Under the pieces are notes generated by a model. It had not been told where the DNA came from and ran no database searches. It worked only from the letters and a program-made list of their open reading frames with translations. From a virus: a DNA stretch of 64,000 bases. Both the position numbers and the translations under genes were made by a program. The number at the start of each line of letters is the position of its first letter. Within the stretch, counting starts at the first letter, position 1. Location: the IMG/VR virus record IMGVR_UViG_3300020057_001229, positions 1 through 64,000 of that record; one strand, written 5' to 3'. Shown here piece by piece: positions 54,962 through 64,000 of this stretch.

Positions 54962-55234
54962 TTAAAAACCGCTCACGAGGACGCCGTTATTTATGTTGAG
55001 GAAGTCGAAGAGTTCTGAGTAGGGATAATACCATTCTCTAGTCCCTTCCACTCGGTACTCTTTTAAGTGCTCGTGGTAGAAACGCTCGTCTTCGATATCA
55101 CCGTTGTCGATGCGTAAGACTAAAAGTTGCTGCGGGAGGGTAGCTGCGAGGACGGCTATGCGTTTATCAGCATCTTTACTAAAGCCGATTTTAACACGGT
55201 GAGGTGCCTCTTTTTCTTGAATCACGTAGACCAT
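54962..55234 (-). CDS. GIY-YIG / T5orf172-like protein
   Basis: VYVIQ...VKIGFS...RI..L; E..(F/Y)H; REWY. Confidence 0.8.
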   Translation of the reverse strand: MVYVIQEKEAPHRVKIGFSKDADKRIAVLAATLPQQLLVLRIDNGDIEDERFYHEHLKEYRVEGTREWYYPYSELFDFLNINNGVLVSGF

Positions 55235-55378
55235 GACTCAAGTCTATCTGGTATTGAATACCAGTACAACTGGGTTTCTTAATTGTCGTGTTCGCTATTT
55301 TGGTGCCCACACTTGTTACAGGTCTCACCTTTGACTAGAAGTCGGTAAAACCAAACACCGATACCTGCACCAACTATA

Positions 55379-55426
55379 TTGACATCCTCCCCACGGCTAA
55401 AGCAGGGGGTTTTACGCTGAGTTTCG
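55379..55426 (-). mobile_element. 48-bp IS200/IS605 mini-element (second copy)
   Basis: TTAT|CGAAACTCAGCGTAAAACCCCCTGCTTTAGCCGTGGGGAGGATGTCAA on the minus strand. Confidence 0.85.
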
Positions 55427-55531
55427 ATAAAAAAGCCGCTTAAGGCGGCTTCTTTTGTAGAGCTTCTTGCTCTCGACTATTTTGATGGGCACTCATAGCA
55501 CTCTGTTGTCGGAGCCTTCCTCGGTTTGTAC

Positions 55532-55888
55532 TTAGGGTGTTTTTCGCAACGGTTCATAGACTCTTTTTCCCATGAAGTAGCTCGGCTGCAAATCGTCGTA
55601 AAACAAGTAGGGCTTGTTGACAACGATGTCAACGTAATCTTGTAACTCTAAAGCCCTCACCACCTTCTCTGCCCACTGACTACCACCCTGCGACCAAACG
55701 ACAATTACATACTCATCAAGCTCCTTGTGATCTTTGAGAAGTGCGATGTGGTTCGTTGCTTTGAGAAATCTAGTGCCGTCTACGGTGACGATATCTCTTT
55801 CAGGAGTGTCGTCTTGGATACGGTCGTACAAGATGAGCGTGTCGTCGATATCAAAAAAAATAGTTGGCTTATCTGGTAGAACATTCAT
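55532..55888 (-). CDS. HAD-superfamily phosphatase
   Basis: FFDIDDTL, VWSQGG, KP..FYDD. Confidence 0.8.
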   Translation of the reverse strand: MNVLPDKPTIFFDIDDTLILYDRIQDDTPERDIVTVDGTRFLKATNHIALLKDHKELDEYVIVVWSQGGSQWAEKVVRALELQDYVDIVVNKPYLFYDDLQPSYFMGKRVYEPLRKTP

Positions 55889-56209
55889 ACTGGTGATTGT
55901 AGGGTAACCCCGAGGTTTTTACACCTCGCTTTTCGCCGTAGGGAACAAAAAGAACAAGCCCATCCTAGGCAAGCTGGGAACTCGGTTTAAAGTGAGGCAA
56001 TCGTGAAGAAGACAGCCAGTAAGCAAAGCACCACGAGACGTGTCAAGGACATCTATACACCCTCTACAAAATTTGCAGCCCAACCTTTAGTAAACTTGAA
56101 AGATGCTCTTGCAATTAATCTTTGCTAAATAATCCCGTATCAATACATAAGTTTTAACAATGGCTGGTAACATTCCCGCTTATGTGTAGCCCAGCTAAAG
56201 GTTTAGAAA

Positions 56210-57505
56210 ATGATCGACTTACATGCCTTAATCACTGATCAAATAGCCGAATTGAAAGGCAACCAGTTCTTTCATGGTGGTTTCATACTCGGCGTGTTGG
56301 GTGCGATAGCGGCGATCTTTAGGCAAGTTCCACATAAGATCTGGGGTCTTTTTCTCCGCTACATTCTGACGACGGTGGAGTTTACGAGTCAGGACGATTT
56401 CTATGTATGGTTCAGTCTTTGGTTGAACAAGCAAACGTTCATCAAAGACAAAAACCGTCTACGCATTCAAACCAAAGTGCATCGTGACGGCGACCACGGT
56501 CCACGCTTTGGGGGAGGAGCCGACCAACAGCGAAAGATCGACGTGATTTACACTTTAGGCAACGGCACCCACATCGTCCGCTTCGGCTCTCTGTTTATGC
56601 GTGCGACGAAAGAGAAAGAGCCGCAGACGCAGGGTTCCGCCCACGGCAATATGGCGGCACGAGACATGTTCGTACTCACCATCTTAAGCTTCCAACGCCG
56701 CAGACTAGAACGACTTATTACGTCTATCAGTGACGAGTTCCAGAAAGAGCACACCAACAAAACCACCATTTTGCACTTCAACGTAGGCTACGACGAGTGG
56801 GTGCCGTTGTCGGTGCAGTCCAAGCGGGACATTTCGTGCGTCGTCCTCAAAGAAGGTCAGATGGAAGAAATTTTAATTGACTACGAAAACTTTCAAAAGG
56901 ACAAACCGCTTTATGATTCTTTAGGCATCCCCTACCAAAGGGGTTACCTCTTGCAGGGACCGCCAGGTACAGGCAAGACGAGCTTGATCTTTGCCTTTGC
57001 GAGCTACTACGACTTAGCCGTATGTACGTTGAGCCTCAGTGACTTCGAATCTGACCGTCAGTTTCAAAAAGCGGTCATGGGTATGCCGGACAAAGCAGCA
57101 CTCGTCATCGAAGACATCGACTCGTTCTTCAAAGGTAGAGAAACCGTCTCTGAGAAGCCTGCGTTTTTATCGTTCTCAGGCTTGTTGAATGCCCTCGGCG
57201 GACTCGCCGTCAAAGAGGGTAGGGTTCTCTTCGTTACCACCAACAAGCCTGAAGACATCGACCCTGCGTTGACTAGAGCAGGTCGTCTAGATAAGAGCTT
57301 CCTATTGTCCTACGCCGATGCCTACCAAGTCCGCCGTTTGTTCCTGCAAGTCTTTCCAAATGCCGTAAGCCAAGCAGATTCATTTGCTGAGACGGTCGCC
57401 GAGATGAACCTGTCCCCGGCTAAACTTGTGGACTACCTTTTCACAAACAAAAGCAGTCTCTCGGACACACTCCGACTTACGCATAGGCTCAGCGCTGGAG
57501 GATAA
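56210..57505 (+). CDS. BCS1-like membrane AAA+ ATPase
   Basis: N-terminal TM, GIPYQRGYLLQGPPGTGKTS, IEDID, LSFSGLLNAL, DPALTRAGRLD. Confidence 0.92.
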   Translation: MIDLHALITDQIAELKGNQFFHGGFILGVLGAIAAIFRQVPHKIWGLFLRYILTTVEFTSQDDFYVWFSLWLNKQTFIKDKNRLRIQTKVHRDGDHGPRFGGGADQQRKIDVIYTLGNGTHIVRFGSLFMRATKEKEPQTQGSAHGNMAARDMFVLTILSFQRRRLERLITSISDEFQKEHTNKTTILHFNVGYDEWVPLSVQSKRDISCVVLKEGQMEEILIDYENFQKDKPLYDSLGIPYQRGYLLQGPPGTGKTSLIFAFASYYDLAVCTLSLSDFESDRQFQKAVMGMPDKAALVIEDIDSFFKGRETVSEKPAFLSFSGLLNALGGLAVKEGRVLFVTTNKPEDIDPALTRAGRLDKSFLLSYADAYQVRRLFLQVFPNAVSQADSFAETVAEMNLSPAKLVDYLFTNKSSLSDTLRLTHRLSAGG

Positions 57506-57528
57506 CGACAACATCGGCGACACCTACT

Positions 57529-58641
57529 TTAAAGGGCTTCCAGAAGTCTTGAAGCATTGTCGTGACATGTTGTAGCTCGTTCGCTGCAACTACCGCTATC
57601 CGGTTCTGGGAGTCGGGGTGGTTGGTGAGGGAGTAACTTACATGGTACATAATCATGCGTGATGCCCTTGCGCTGAGCTGCGAGTAGAGCCCGCTTTCGG
57701 CGACCTCTCTCGCACTCGAAGTTCCTGTTCAACATATAGTACATTTTACGGTAGTGCTTTTCGCACATCCCCTTACAGTGCCCTAGCTCTGTACAGTTTT
57801 CAACTCTACACTCCGTCTTGTTGTGCCGTTTTACGACAACTTCCTTTCCAAGACGTTGCCGTGTGTAGTGATTCTTACACATAAGCAGAGCATGTGCAGG
57901 CTGCTTGCACTTGAAGACCGAACAGGTTTTGCCGACGTTGTAGTTGGCGATCTTTCTAAGTGGGACGCCACGGTCATCTATGAAGCCCATCTCCCACTGC
58001 TTGTAGTGGCGAACGCAGAAGCATCGTGACTTCGGTCGCATCTTACACCCACGAGCACGGCACTGCTCGTTAGCGCCGTATGTTTTACGGTTGCGTCGAA
58101 GCTCGCCGCCGTCGTTGTCGATCAAGCCGTAGCGGTGTTCTTGTTGGTAGTGTTTGTGGCACAGTCCCCGGAGGAGGTCACCACCTGCTGTACAAAGGCG
58201 ACAGGTTTTCAGTGTGTGGCTTTTACCTTCCCGCTTTTCTCCTAGATGGATCTTGCAGAGCTTCTCGTCAACGCTGCGGTATTGGCAGTTGAGGACGTAG
58301 CAGAAGGCACGACCCTTCTGCCTCGGCTGGCGTATGATTTTCCCTTCGAGGTCACAGTCACCCTTCAAGAACCAATTGTAGTGACGTTTGCAAAAGCGAC
58401 CGCCATGTATCAGCGGCTTGTATTCTTTGCAGCCCTCGATAAGACATTTTCTTTTACGCAATTCTTCGTCTAAGACGACGGCGTAAATCTCGGTGCGTAA
58501 GCCGTCTTCCGTGATGTGGTTTTCCTTGAACTTGCGGTAGTGATAGCCGCAAAACCTTTTGGCGTAGAACGCCTTACCGCAATGTTCGAAAATGCAAGTC
58601 GGCTTTCCAACAGCAACAACAGCCTCAACCAACATCCGCAC
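57529..58641 (-). CDS. Protein with repeated C-x4-C...C-x2-HY zinc-finger-like units
   Basis: About 7 repeats of C..C...C..H(Y). Confidence 0.7.
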   Translation of the reverse strand: MRMLVEAVVAVGKPTCIFEHCGKAFYAKRFCGYHYRKFKENHITEDGLRTEIYAVVLDEELRKRKCLIEGCKEYKPLIHGGRFCKRHYNWFLKGDCDLEGKIIRQPRQKGRAFCYVLNCQYRSVDEKLCKIHLGEKREGKSHTLKTCRLCTAGGDLLRGLCHKHYQQEHRYGLIDNDGGELRRNRKTYGANEQCRARGCKMRPKSRCFCVRHYKQWEMGFIDDRGVPLRKIANYNVGKTCSVFKCKQPAHALLMCKNHYTRQRLGKEVVVKRHNKTECRVENCTELGHCKGMCEKHYRKMYYMLNRNFECERGRRKRALLAAQRKGITHDYVPCKLLPHQPPRLPEPDSGSCSERATTCHDNASRLLEAL

Positions 58642-58908
58642 GTCTCCATCGCTTCACGTACAAACCAGGATTCCTCCGCTCGAAGGAAGCAAAGAGCTTC
58701 TCTTTCGTGGAGAGAACGGTGCCTAAGTAGCAACCATTTTTTAGGGTGCGATTTGTCCAGCCCGCAGAGCAGCTCCGATCACCGTAGCGACCGCGAACGC
58801 AGTAAATGCATGGTACAAATTTTATATAGTTGGAATTAGCTTCCCGCACTTTATTTTCCGAATCCGCAAAAAGTCTTGAAATTTGATTGGCGGATAACTC
58901 AAGAGAAG

Positions 58909-59052
58909 AGTGAGTCGGTCCAAGATGCCAATGCGTATTTTCCGTGCTCTACCAACTGAGCTACCTCCCGGTAAAGTCGGGAGGGTTGGACTTGAACCAA
59001 CGACAGCGGGCTTTAATAGCGTGTAAGCACTGACTGAGGGGACCGACTCACT
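58909..59052 (-). ncRNA. YrlA-type Y RNA (tRNA mimic), copy 2
   Basis: Perfect 13-bp terminal stem AGTGAGTCGGTCC/GGACCGACTCACT; permuted T-arm/acceptor loop/D-arm; TTGCGT-N17-TACCAT promoter. Confidence 0.82.
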
Positions 59053-59173
59053 GGTGTATGGTAGATGAGACTGGATACTGACGCAAGCGTAAAATTTGAG
59101 TGGACATGTTCTTGCAGTCGCCTCGACGACAACCAATCATGGAAGATGTATAAAAAAAGCGCAGGAGGCACCT

Positions 59174-59575
59174 TTGCGTATTTTAACAGTAGACGATAGC
59201 CATGACAGTGTAGTCCTTCTAGCGAAGGTGTTAGGCGACCATAACGTCATCTATTGCACGACGGAGCAAGAGATCCATGACGAGCTAAAAAGGTTTAAAC
59301 CCGAGTTGATTATTTTTGACTACTTGATACATGAGACGAACGCAATAGAGATTTACGACAGGCTTTCCGAACAAATGGAGCTGCCGACCTGCTTTTGCGT
59401 CTCGGGCTACTCCCCGAAGAATCTAGGGCTTTGCCTTGCCGCCACGCCGTTCTCGGCTTGGTTTCAGAAGCCTTTTAATTGGCGGGATCTCAGGGAGGCG
59501 ATCACTCGATTGGAACTTGGAGTATTCGCAGAGGGGACTTTTTCAGCTTCTCAATCAGCATCCTCAGCGTTCTGA
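59174..59575 (+). CDS. Single-domain response regulator (receiver)
   Basis: ILTVDD, PELIIFDY, VSG, QKP; GGAGG SD before TTG. Confidence 0.85.
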   Translation: MRILTVDDSHDSVVLLAKVLGDHNVIYCTTEQEIHDELKRFKPELIIFDYLIHETNAIEIYDRLSEQMELPTCFCVSGYSPKNLGLCLAATPFSAWFQKPFNWRDLREAITRLELGVFAEGTFSASQSASSAF

Positions 59576-60200
59576 CTTCTTCTACCAAAGACGGCACCCA
59601 AGAGGCAGCGTTGCGAGCAAATTCGTCTACGGCGTATTGCTCGCTTTTGGTATAGCCGCCGAGGCAAGTTCCGGCGTGTTCGGCAATTTCCTGCATATGG
59701 ACTAAAAACGATTCAGTTAAAAGATGTTGGTTTGTTTTAGTCACCGACGACATACCTTTTGTTTTGCAGGGCTCTGTACTCTTCGTGATCTACATGCCCA
59801 TTTTCTGTCATGTAGCCCCAAGGAAAGCGACTCTTTCCCACAAAGCAAAGACCCCACACTTCGTCCGACAGGAGGCGAAGCTTGTGGTATTGGGTCGTCG
59901 GCATCCAAAAGCATGACAGAAAACTGTTGCACCGCAAGCCGTCGTCGTAAGCACCACGTAAGATCAATCCGACAAAGTTCCAGGGGTGGTTATGGGGAGG
60001 ATGTCAACACTTTCTAATAGATGAAGCAGATAGACATCGCCCCAAGGAGTCGATAGCAGTAGCCAACGACGAAAATGTAAGGCACTAGCATTAGTGCAGA
60101 TCTCTCTTAGCATTTTCATAAACTGCTTACCAACTTAAGTACCACCCCAATGATCTACTGAAACGGGTATCTTACGGCGTCCAAGCTGAGGGTTCCCTAA

Positions 60201-60560
60201 TTAGCTCTTTCGCCAATAAAAGTTGGTATCTAAGGCGCTGCCGCTTAGCGTAGTTTGCGTACAAAGCCATTCGTCATCAGCTTCGATCATAATTTTAAGA
60301 ACCATGAGACCGAGTAAAAAAGCGGCAGTAGGCTCGTCTTCAGCGATGTCGTAGACGTAGATGAGGGGTGTGTTCCACTCCTTAGGAACAAGGCTGCCTA
60401 TGGCAAATTTGGTCTCGCCTTTGAGCCGTGCTTGGAGGTGCGAGCAAACTTTTCCGTAGGCACCTGGGGGAAACATCGAAATCCAACGATCAAAGTTCCG
60501 ACCAAAAGGGATAGTTTTAAGCTCGCAAAAGCCCCCGCTTTCGCCTATCGTACTCAACAT
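60201..60560 (-). CDS. Hypothetical protein
   Basis: GGAG SD. Confidence 0.6.
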   Translation of the reverse strand: MLSTIGESGGFCELKTIPFGRNFDRWISMFPPGAYGKVCSHLQARLKGETKFAIGSLVPKEWNTPLIYVYDIAEDEPTAAFLLGLMVLKIMIEADDEWLCTQTTLSGSALDTNFYWRKS

Positions 60561-60662
60561 TAGCCACTCCGTTTATTGGAACTGAATGAGAGCACCGTAG
60601 CAAACGGCTATCTTCTTTTCAAGAGCTTAAAACTTTTTATTTATTTATCAGATCAGGTGTTT

Positions 60663-61310
60663 ATGAAAGAGCTGCCTAAAACTAGAGACGAGCAAAAGCA
60701 AGCCATTTTAGACCTAGCCAAGCTCAAGCTGACCTTCGGGCGGGAGCAGCCTGTTTCCTTCTTTTTCTTCAAAGGTCCCACCTGTCTAGTTATCAACAAT
60801 GAGGCAGGCTTTTCACGAAACACCCTTTTATTGCTTGCACAGACGGTTGTACTTTGGTTGAGCCCAGACGAGTACGTAACTGTGTCGGAAGCTGTCATGA
60901 CAACTTTTCCAATGGACGAAGATAAAACCCCAGAAGAAATTCAGAAAAATTTCGATGAGAGAGCTAAAGAGGTGCAAGCCAAGTTGGAGGCAGGTGAAGG
61001 CACACGTATAGAATGTCTGCTTTTCGCCGAAGCAACGAAGACTAGTCGCAAGCTTGTGACTTACGAAATAAAACGTACCGGCGAGTTCGTAGACTTTGTA
61101 AAAGCCATCGCACCTACAAGCCCTGAAGTGGAATTGCGCGGAGACTTCTTCTCTCTGTTCGACTACACAGCAGAAGTGAAGGATGGTCACGACATCAATA
61201 AGGTATTTGAGCCCTTATTCGAACAGGGAATTTTGATGACGTTTAAGGACTACTGGAAGCGCTGCCAAGATCTGCTTAAACAAGACAAACAGGACGTTAT
61301 TTGGAACTGA
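60663..61310 (+). CDS. Hypothetical protein
   Basis: AGGTG SD; ATG at 60663. Confidence 0.6.
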   Translation: MKELPKTRDEQKQAILDLAKLKLTFGREQPVSFFFFKGPTCLVINNEAGFSRNTLLLLAQTVVLWLSPDEYVTVSEAVMTTFPMDEDKTPEEIQKNFDERAKEVQAKLEAGEGTRIECLLFAEATKTSRKLVTYEIKRTGEFVDFVKAIAPTSPEVELRGDFFSLFDYTAEVKDGHDINKVFEPLFEQGILMTFKDYWKRCQDLLKQDKQDVIWN

Positions 61311-62013
61311 TTCCTTTGGGGAGATCAAGTTGGAACGTCACAGGCTTATTGACCATGCGGTAGTCACGATTTACGACTGAGGCATTAATCATCTTGATCC
61401 CTTCAAGATCCCCACGTCCGTCGAAAACTCCGTAGCCCTCATGGATATGCCCGAAGATGTGAGCTTGCGGCTTCACACGACGGATTGCGTCTAGAAGCTC
61501 GTGGCAGCCGACGTATTCGTGCTTGACGACGCTGCGCTCAGACAGGTCAGGACTACGACGCCAATAGACTCTATCCACTCTGTCGCCGTAGCCGTGCGGT
61601 GGACCATGTGTGATTAAGATGTCGGTATCGTCGGGGATCTGGTCCCAATGGATAAATAAATCACCACGGGGAACATTGAACGCCCAATCGCAGAACTCAG
61701 GCTGTTGCGGTGCGCCGTAGATCTTGAAGCCGTCAATGATGACTTCGTTTTCTTGGAGGTAGATCAAGCGGTCGGACAGGTGTTCCTTTATGAACATGTC
61801 TCGTTGGTCTTTACGCTCGAACGTCAGCTCGTGGTTACCTGCAATGAAGACGATGTGACGGTAGATGGCGAGCTGCTTTTTGAAATAATCAATGGTCGCC
61901 ATGACCTCTTCACGTCGTCCCTTCCACGTAAAGTCACCTGCATGTAGGAGGAGATCGCCACCAGGAAGTTCAGGAAATTGACAATGGGTATCGCTGATGG
62001 CGGTTACTAACAT
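61297..62013 (-). CDS. Calcineurin-like metallophosphoesterase
   Basis: ISDTH, HAGD, IAGNHE, THGPP, FGHIHE. Confidence 0.92.
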   Translation of the reverse strand: MLVTAISDTHCQFPELPGGDLLLHAGDFTWKGRREEVMATIDYFKKQLAIYRHIVFIAGNHELTFERKDQRDMFIKEHLSDRLIYLQENEVIIDGFKIYGAPQQPEFCDWAFNVPRGDLFIHWDQIPDDTDILITHGPPHGYGDRVDRVYWRRSPDLSERSVVKHEYVGCHELLDAIRRVKPQAHIFGHIHEGYGVFDGRGDLEGIKMINASVVNRDYRMVNKPVTFQLDLPKGISSK

Positions 62014-62263
62014 GGGGTCTCTCTTTACGGTTCCTTAGCTGGAATTATTATGGTGTCCACAACGTCGTCGGCTTGCGTGTAGGTTCCTTCGCCACGAGGA
62101 CGAACTGATTTAGCTGCCTCAAAAGCAGCCATGAACCAGTGGATGAGTTCTATACGTTGAGGTTCGGAATACTTCTGCCACATCGTTTGTGCTTTTATGT
62201 GCCAGGAGCGGTCAAGTGTCGTGCCGTACTCGGTGCCTAAACGTTCAATCTCTGCTTGAAGAC

Positions 62264-62584
62264 TCATCGAGTTATCTCTCCTAGTTTGGTTGTAATTTGT
62301 GTTCTGAAGGCATTTGACAGCATAAGTTTTAAGATCTCAGGAGCGCCCTGCAAAACGAACCCACCAAGAACTTCGTGGATGTTCTTTTCAAGACCGTACT
62401 TAGAGCCTCTTGCTGCCGGAACATCAAACTCGCCCGAAGAGGTTTCAAGAGCTTGGTAAATAACCTTTTCATCTCGTTCTAGCTTGTTGGTGCGTTTGTT
62501 TTTAAAATCTACACCCTCTTCGATGACACAACGAATCCAAGCGAGAGCTAGAACTTGTTTTATGAGCATTTCAACCTGAGTCAT
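62264..62584 (-). CDS. Hypothetical protein
   Basis: Coupled ORF in the minus-strand run. Confidence 0.5.
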   Translation of the reverse strand: MTQVEMLIKQVLALAWIRCVIEEGVDFKNKRTNKLERDEKVIYQALETSSGEFDVPAARGSKYGLEKNIHEVLGGFVLQGAPEILKLMLSNAFRTQITTKLGEITR

Positions 62585-62941
62585 TACTATCTCCCACCGA
62601 AGTAGCCGTAGGTTTCATAACTGTCGTCGGAGTCGTGAGCATTGTTGTTTGCGACTACAGGACATTCTTCTTTTAACTGTGGCGGATCTTTCACCAACTT
62701 TAGCAGATGGAGAAGATACTCACCAGGATCTTCTGCATCACTCACCGCTTTTTCCTTTTCAGGATAAAGGGGATGTCCGCTGGCTTTTTTAACCAGTTTG
62801 ATGTCTTCGAAGAGGTTGTCTACAACCGTCTCGTCGGTATCTAAATTGCGTATGATGACTTTGAACATAGGGAGGTAATCTCAGGGCGCAAAAAAGCCTT
62901 CTTGGTTCCCCTACGGCGACAAGAAGGCTTTAATGCAAAGC

Positions 62942-63319
62942 TTAGAACGTAACGATAGCTTTACACTTATCGAGGATAAGTTTTTCGCCTTCAGCACCGA
63001 TAGCACCACCCGTACAACCCCATTCGGTTGGAAGAGCAGAAACACCCATACCGACGACAAACTTGCTGACCTGACCGCAGACGAGATCGCCGACGAGCCC
63101 TTGAGCACCTTCAGCACACATCTTAAGGTCGGTGACTGGCTTGGTTAGTGTTGCTTTGACTGCGGCAACATTGGAACAAGCAAGTGCTTCAGCTACACCT
63201 TGAGCAGCACCGTCAAGAGCACGGACGGCAGTGTCACAGAGGGGATCTGTAACGGCGGTCTTTGTGCAGCCTGAAAGAGCGATGACCGCAAAAAGCGGTA
63301 GAACTAGAAAACGTTTCAT
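62942..63319 (-). CDS. Cys-rich lipoprotein
   Basis: LSGC lipobox; GGAGG SD. Confidence 0.7.
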   Translation of the reverse strand: MKRFLVLPLFAVIALSGCTKTAVTDPLCDTAVRALDGAAQGVAEALACSNVAAVKATLTKPVTDLKMCAEGAQGLVGDLVCGQVSKFVVGMGVSALPTEWGCTGGAIGAEGEKLILDKCKAIVTF

Positions 63320-63390
63320 AAGGAGCCTCCAAAAAGTGAATCATGATTAGTCTGAAGTCTATGGAAAAAACCAGACGAAGGCAAGCCTTC

Positions 63391-63969
63391 TCACACCTTT
63401 TTCTTAGCTGGTGCCTTTTTCTTAGTCTTAGGTTTCGGCGTCAAAGGTGTAACGAGAGGAGCTGGTGCCTTTACTTTTTTAACAGCGGGCTTTTTCTTTG
63501 CTGCTGGCTTCTTAACCGTTGACAGAAGCTCCCAAGCTCCAGCTAAGCCTTTAGCAGCTTTGGCTGCCTTCAGCTCGTGGACGGTTACAGCAGTCTTCCA
63601 TTGGACGTGGGGGTACTCTGGAAAGGAAGTCCAATCACCTGCCCAACTTAACTTGTCTGAAAACTGCGCCTTGATAATTTTCCCAAGTAGACCGTAGTTA
63701 CCATTCCAAGTCCACTGATAACCCGGCTTCGCGGCGTCGTTGTCGAAAACGAGGTCTACGGCAAGTCCGTAGTTGTGGAAGCTTAAACCGGCGTCGGCGT
63801 TTGTTACTTTGATCCCAGGAGTTGTTCGACCTTGAGCGTAGAGCTGAGCTTGACGCTCGTCGGAGCGGTTTGCTTCAAAGGCGTAAATTAAAAGACCCTC
63901 TTTGTGGCACTCCGTAAGTAGCGCTGCGATTGCGTCAGCGAACGGCTTGTAGACGGAAGGATCTGCCAT
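63391..63969 (-). CDS. M15-family peptidase (endolysin-like) with Lys/Ala/Pro-rich tail
   Basis: R..ERQ..LYAQGRT.PG, SFHNYGLAVD, WAGDW, EYPHVQ. Confidence 0.9.
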   Translation of the reverse strand: MADPSVYKPFADAIAALLTECHKEGLLIYAFEANRSDERQAQLYAQGRTTPGIKVTNADAGLSFHNYGLAVDLVFDNDAAKPGYQWTWNGNYGLLGKIIKAQFSDKLSWAGDWTSFPEYPHVQWKTAVTVHELKAAKAAKGLAGAWELLSTVKKPAAKKKPAVKKVKAPAPLVTPLTPKPKTKKKAPAKKKV

Positions 63970-64000
63970 GTCTCTATTGATAGGGAACGCAACAGCAGCA

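Noticed and set aside
33415-59136. ORF-track entries overlapping RNA genes (e.g. the 5' part of 33415, 34544, 35092, 52138, 53444, 58822)
   Set aside because: Translations of tRNA or Y RNA sequence, not proteins.

Overview
A 64-kb accessory region of what is most likely a large (jumbo) bacteriophage genome. It has densely packed short ORFs, 15 tRNA or tRNA-like genes, free-standing HNH/GIY-YIG endonucleases, orphan DNA methyltransferases, IF3, RNase H, a Thg1-like enzyme, ADP-ribose erasers and an M15 endolysin, and no host core genes. The main observation is that each elongator-tRNA unit (Ser/Thr, Arg, Pro/Leu, Asn, Glu) is preceded by an unannotated 13-20 aa leader peptide enriched in codons for those same tRNAs. 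Three leaders (Ser/Thr, Asn, Glu) are coupled to mutually exclusive terminator/antiterminator hairpins; two (Arg, Pro/Leu) have pyrimidine-rich, Rho-type architecture. This looks like a set of ribosome-stalling attenuators that switch on replacement tRNAs when the cognate host tRNA is depleted. Also present: two YrlA-type Y RNAs; a ~650-nt structured ncRNA whose 3' end is duplicated across a hybrid histidine kinase gene; an Hpt gene frameshifted at a (GCAA)4 tract; a C5 methyltransferase with a second subunit nested in another frame; IS200/IS605 tnpB relics with 48-bp mini-elements; a MITE with a target-site duplication; and a cytochrome c lipoprotein ORF lacking a standard start codon. All calls were made by eye; no database searches were run.
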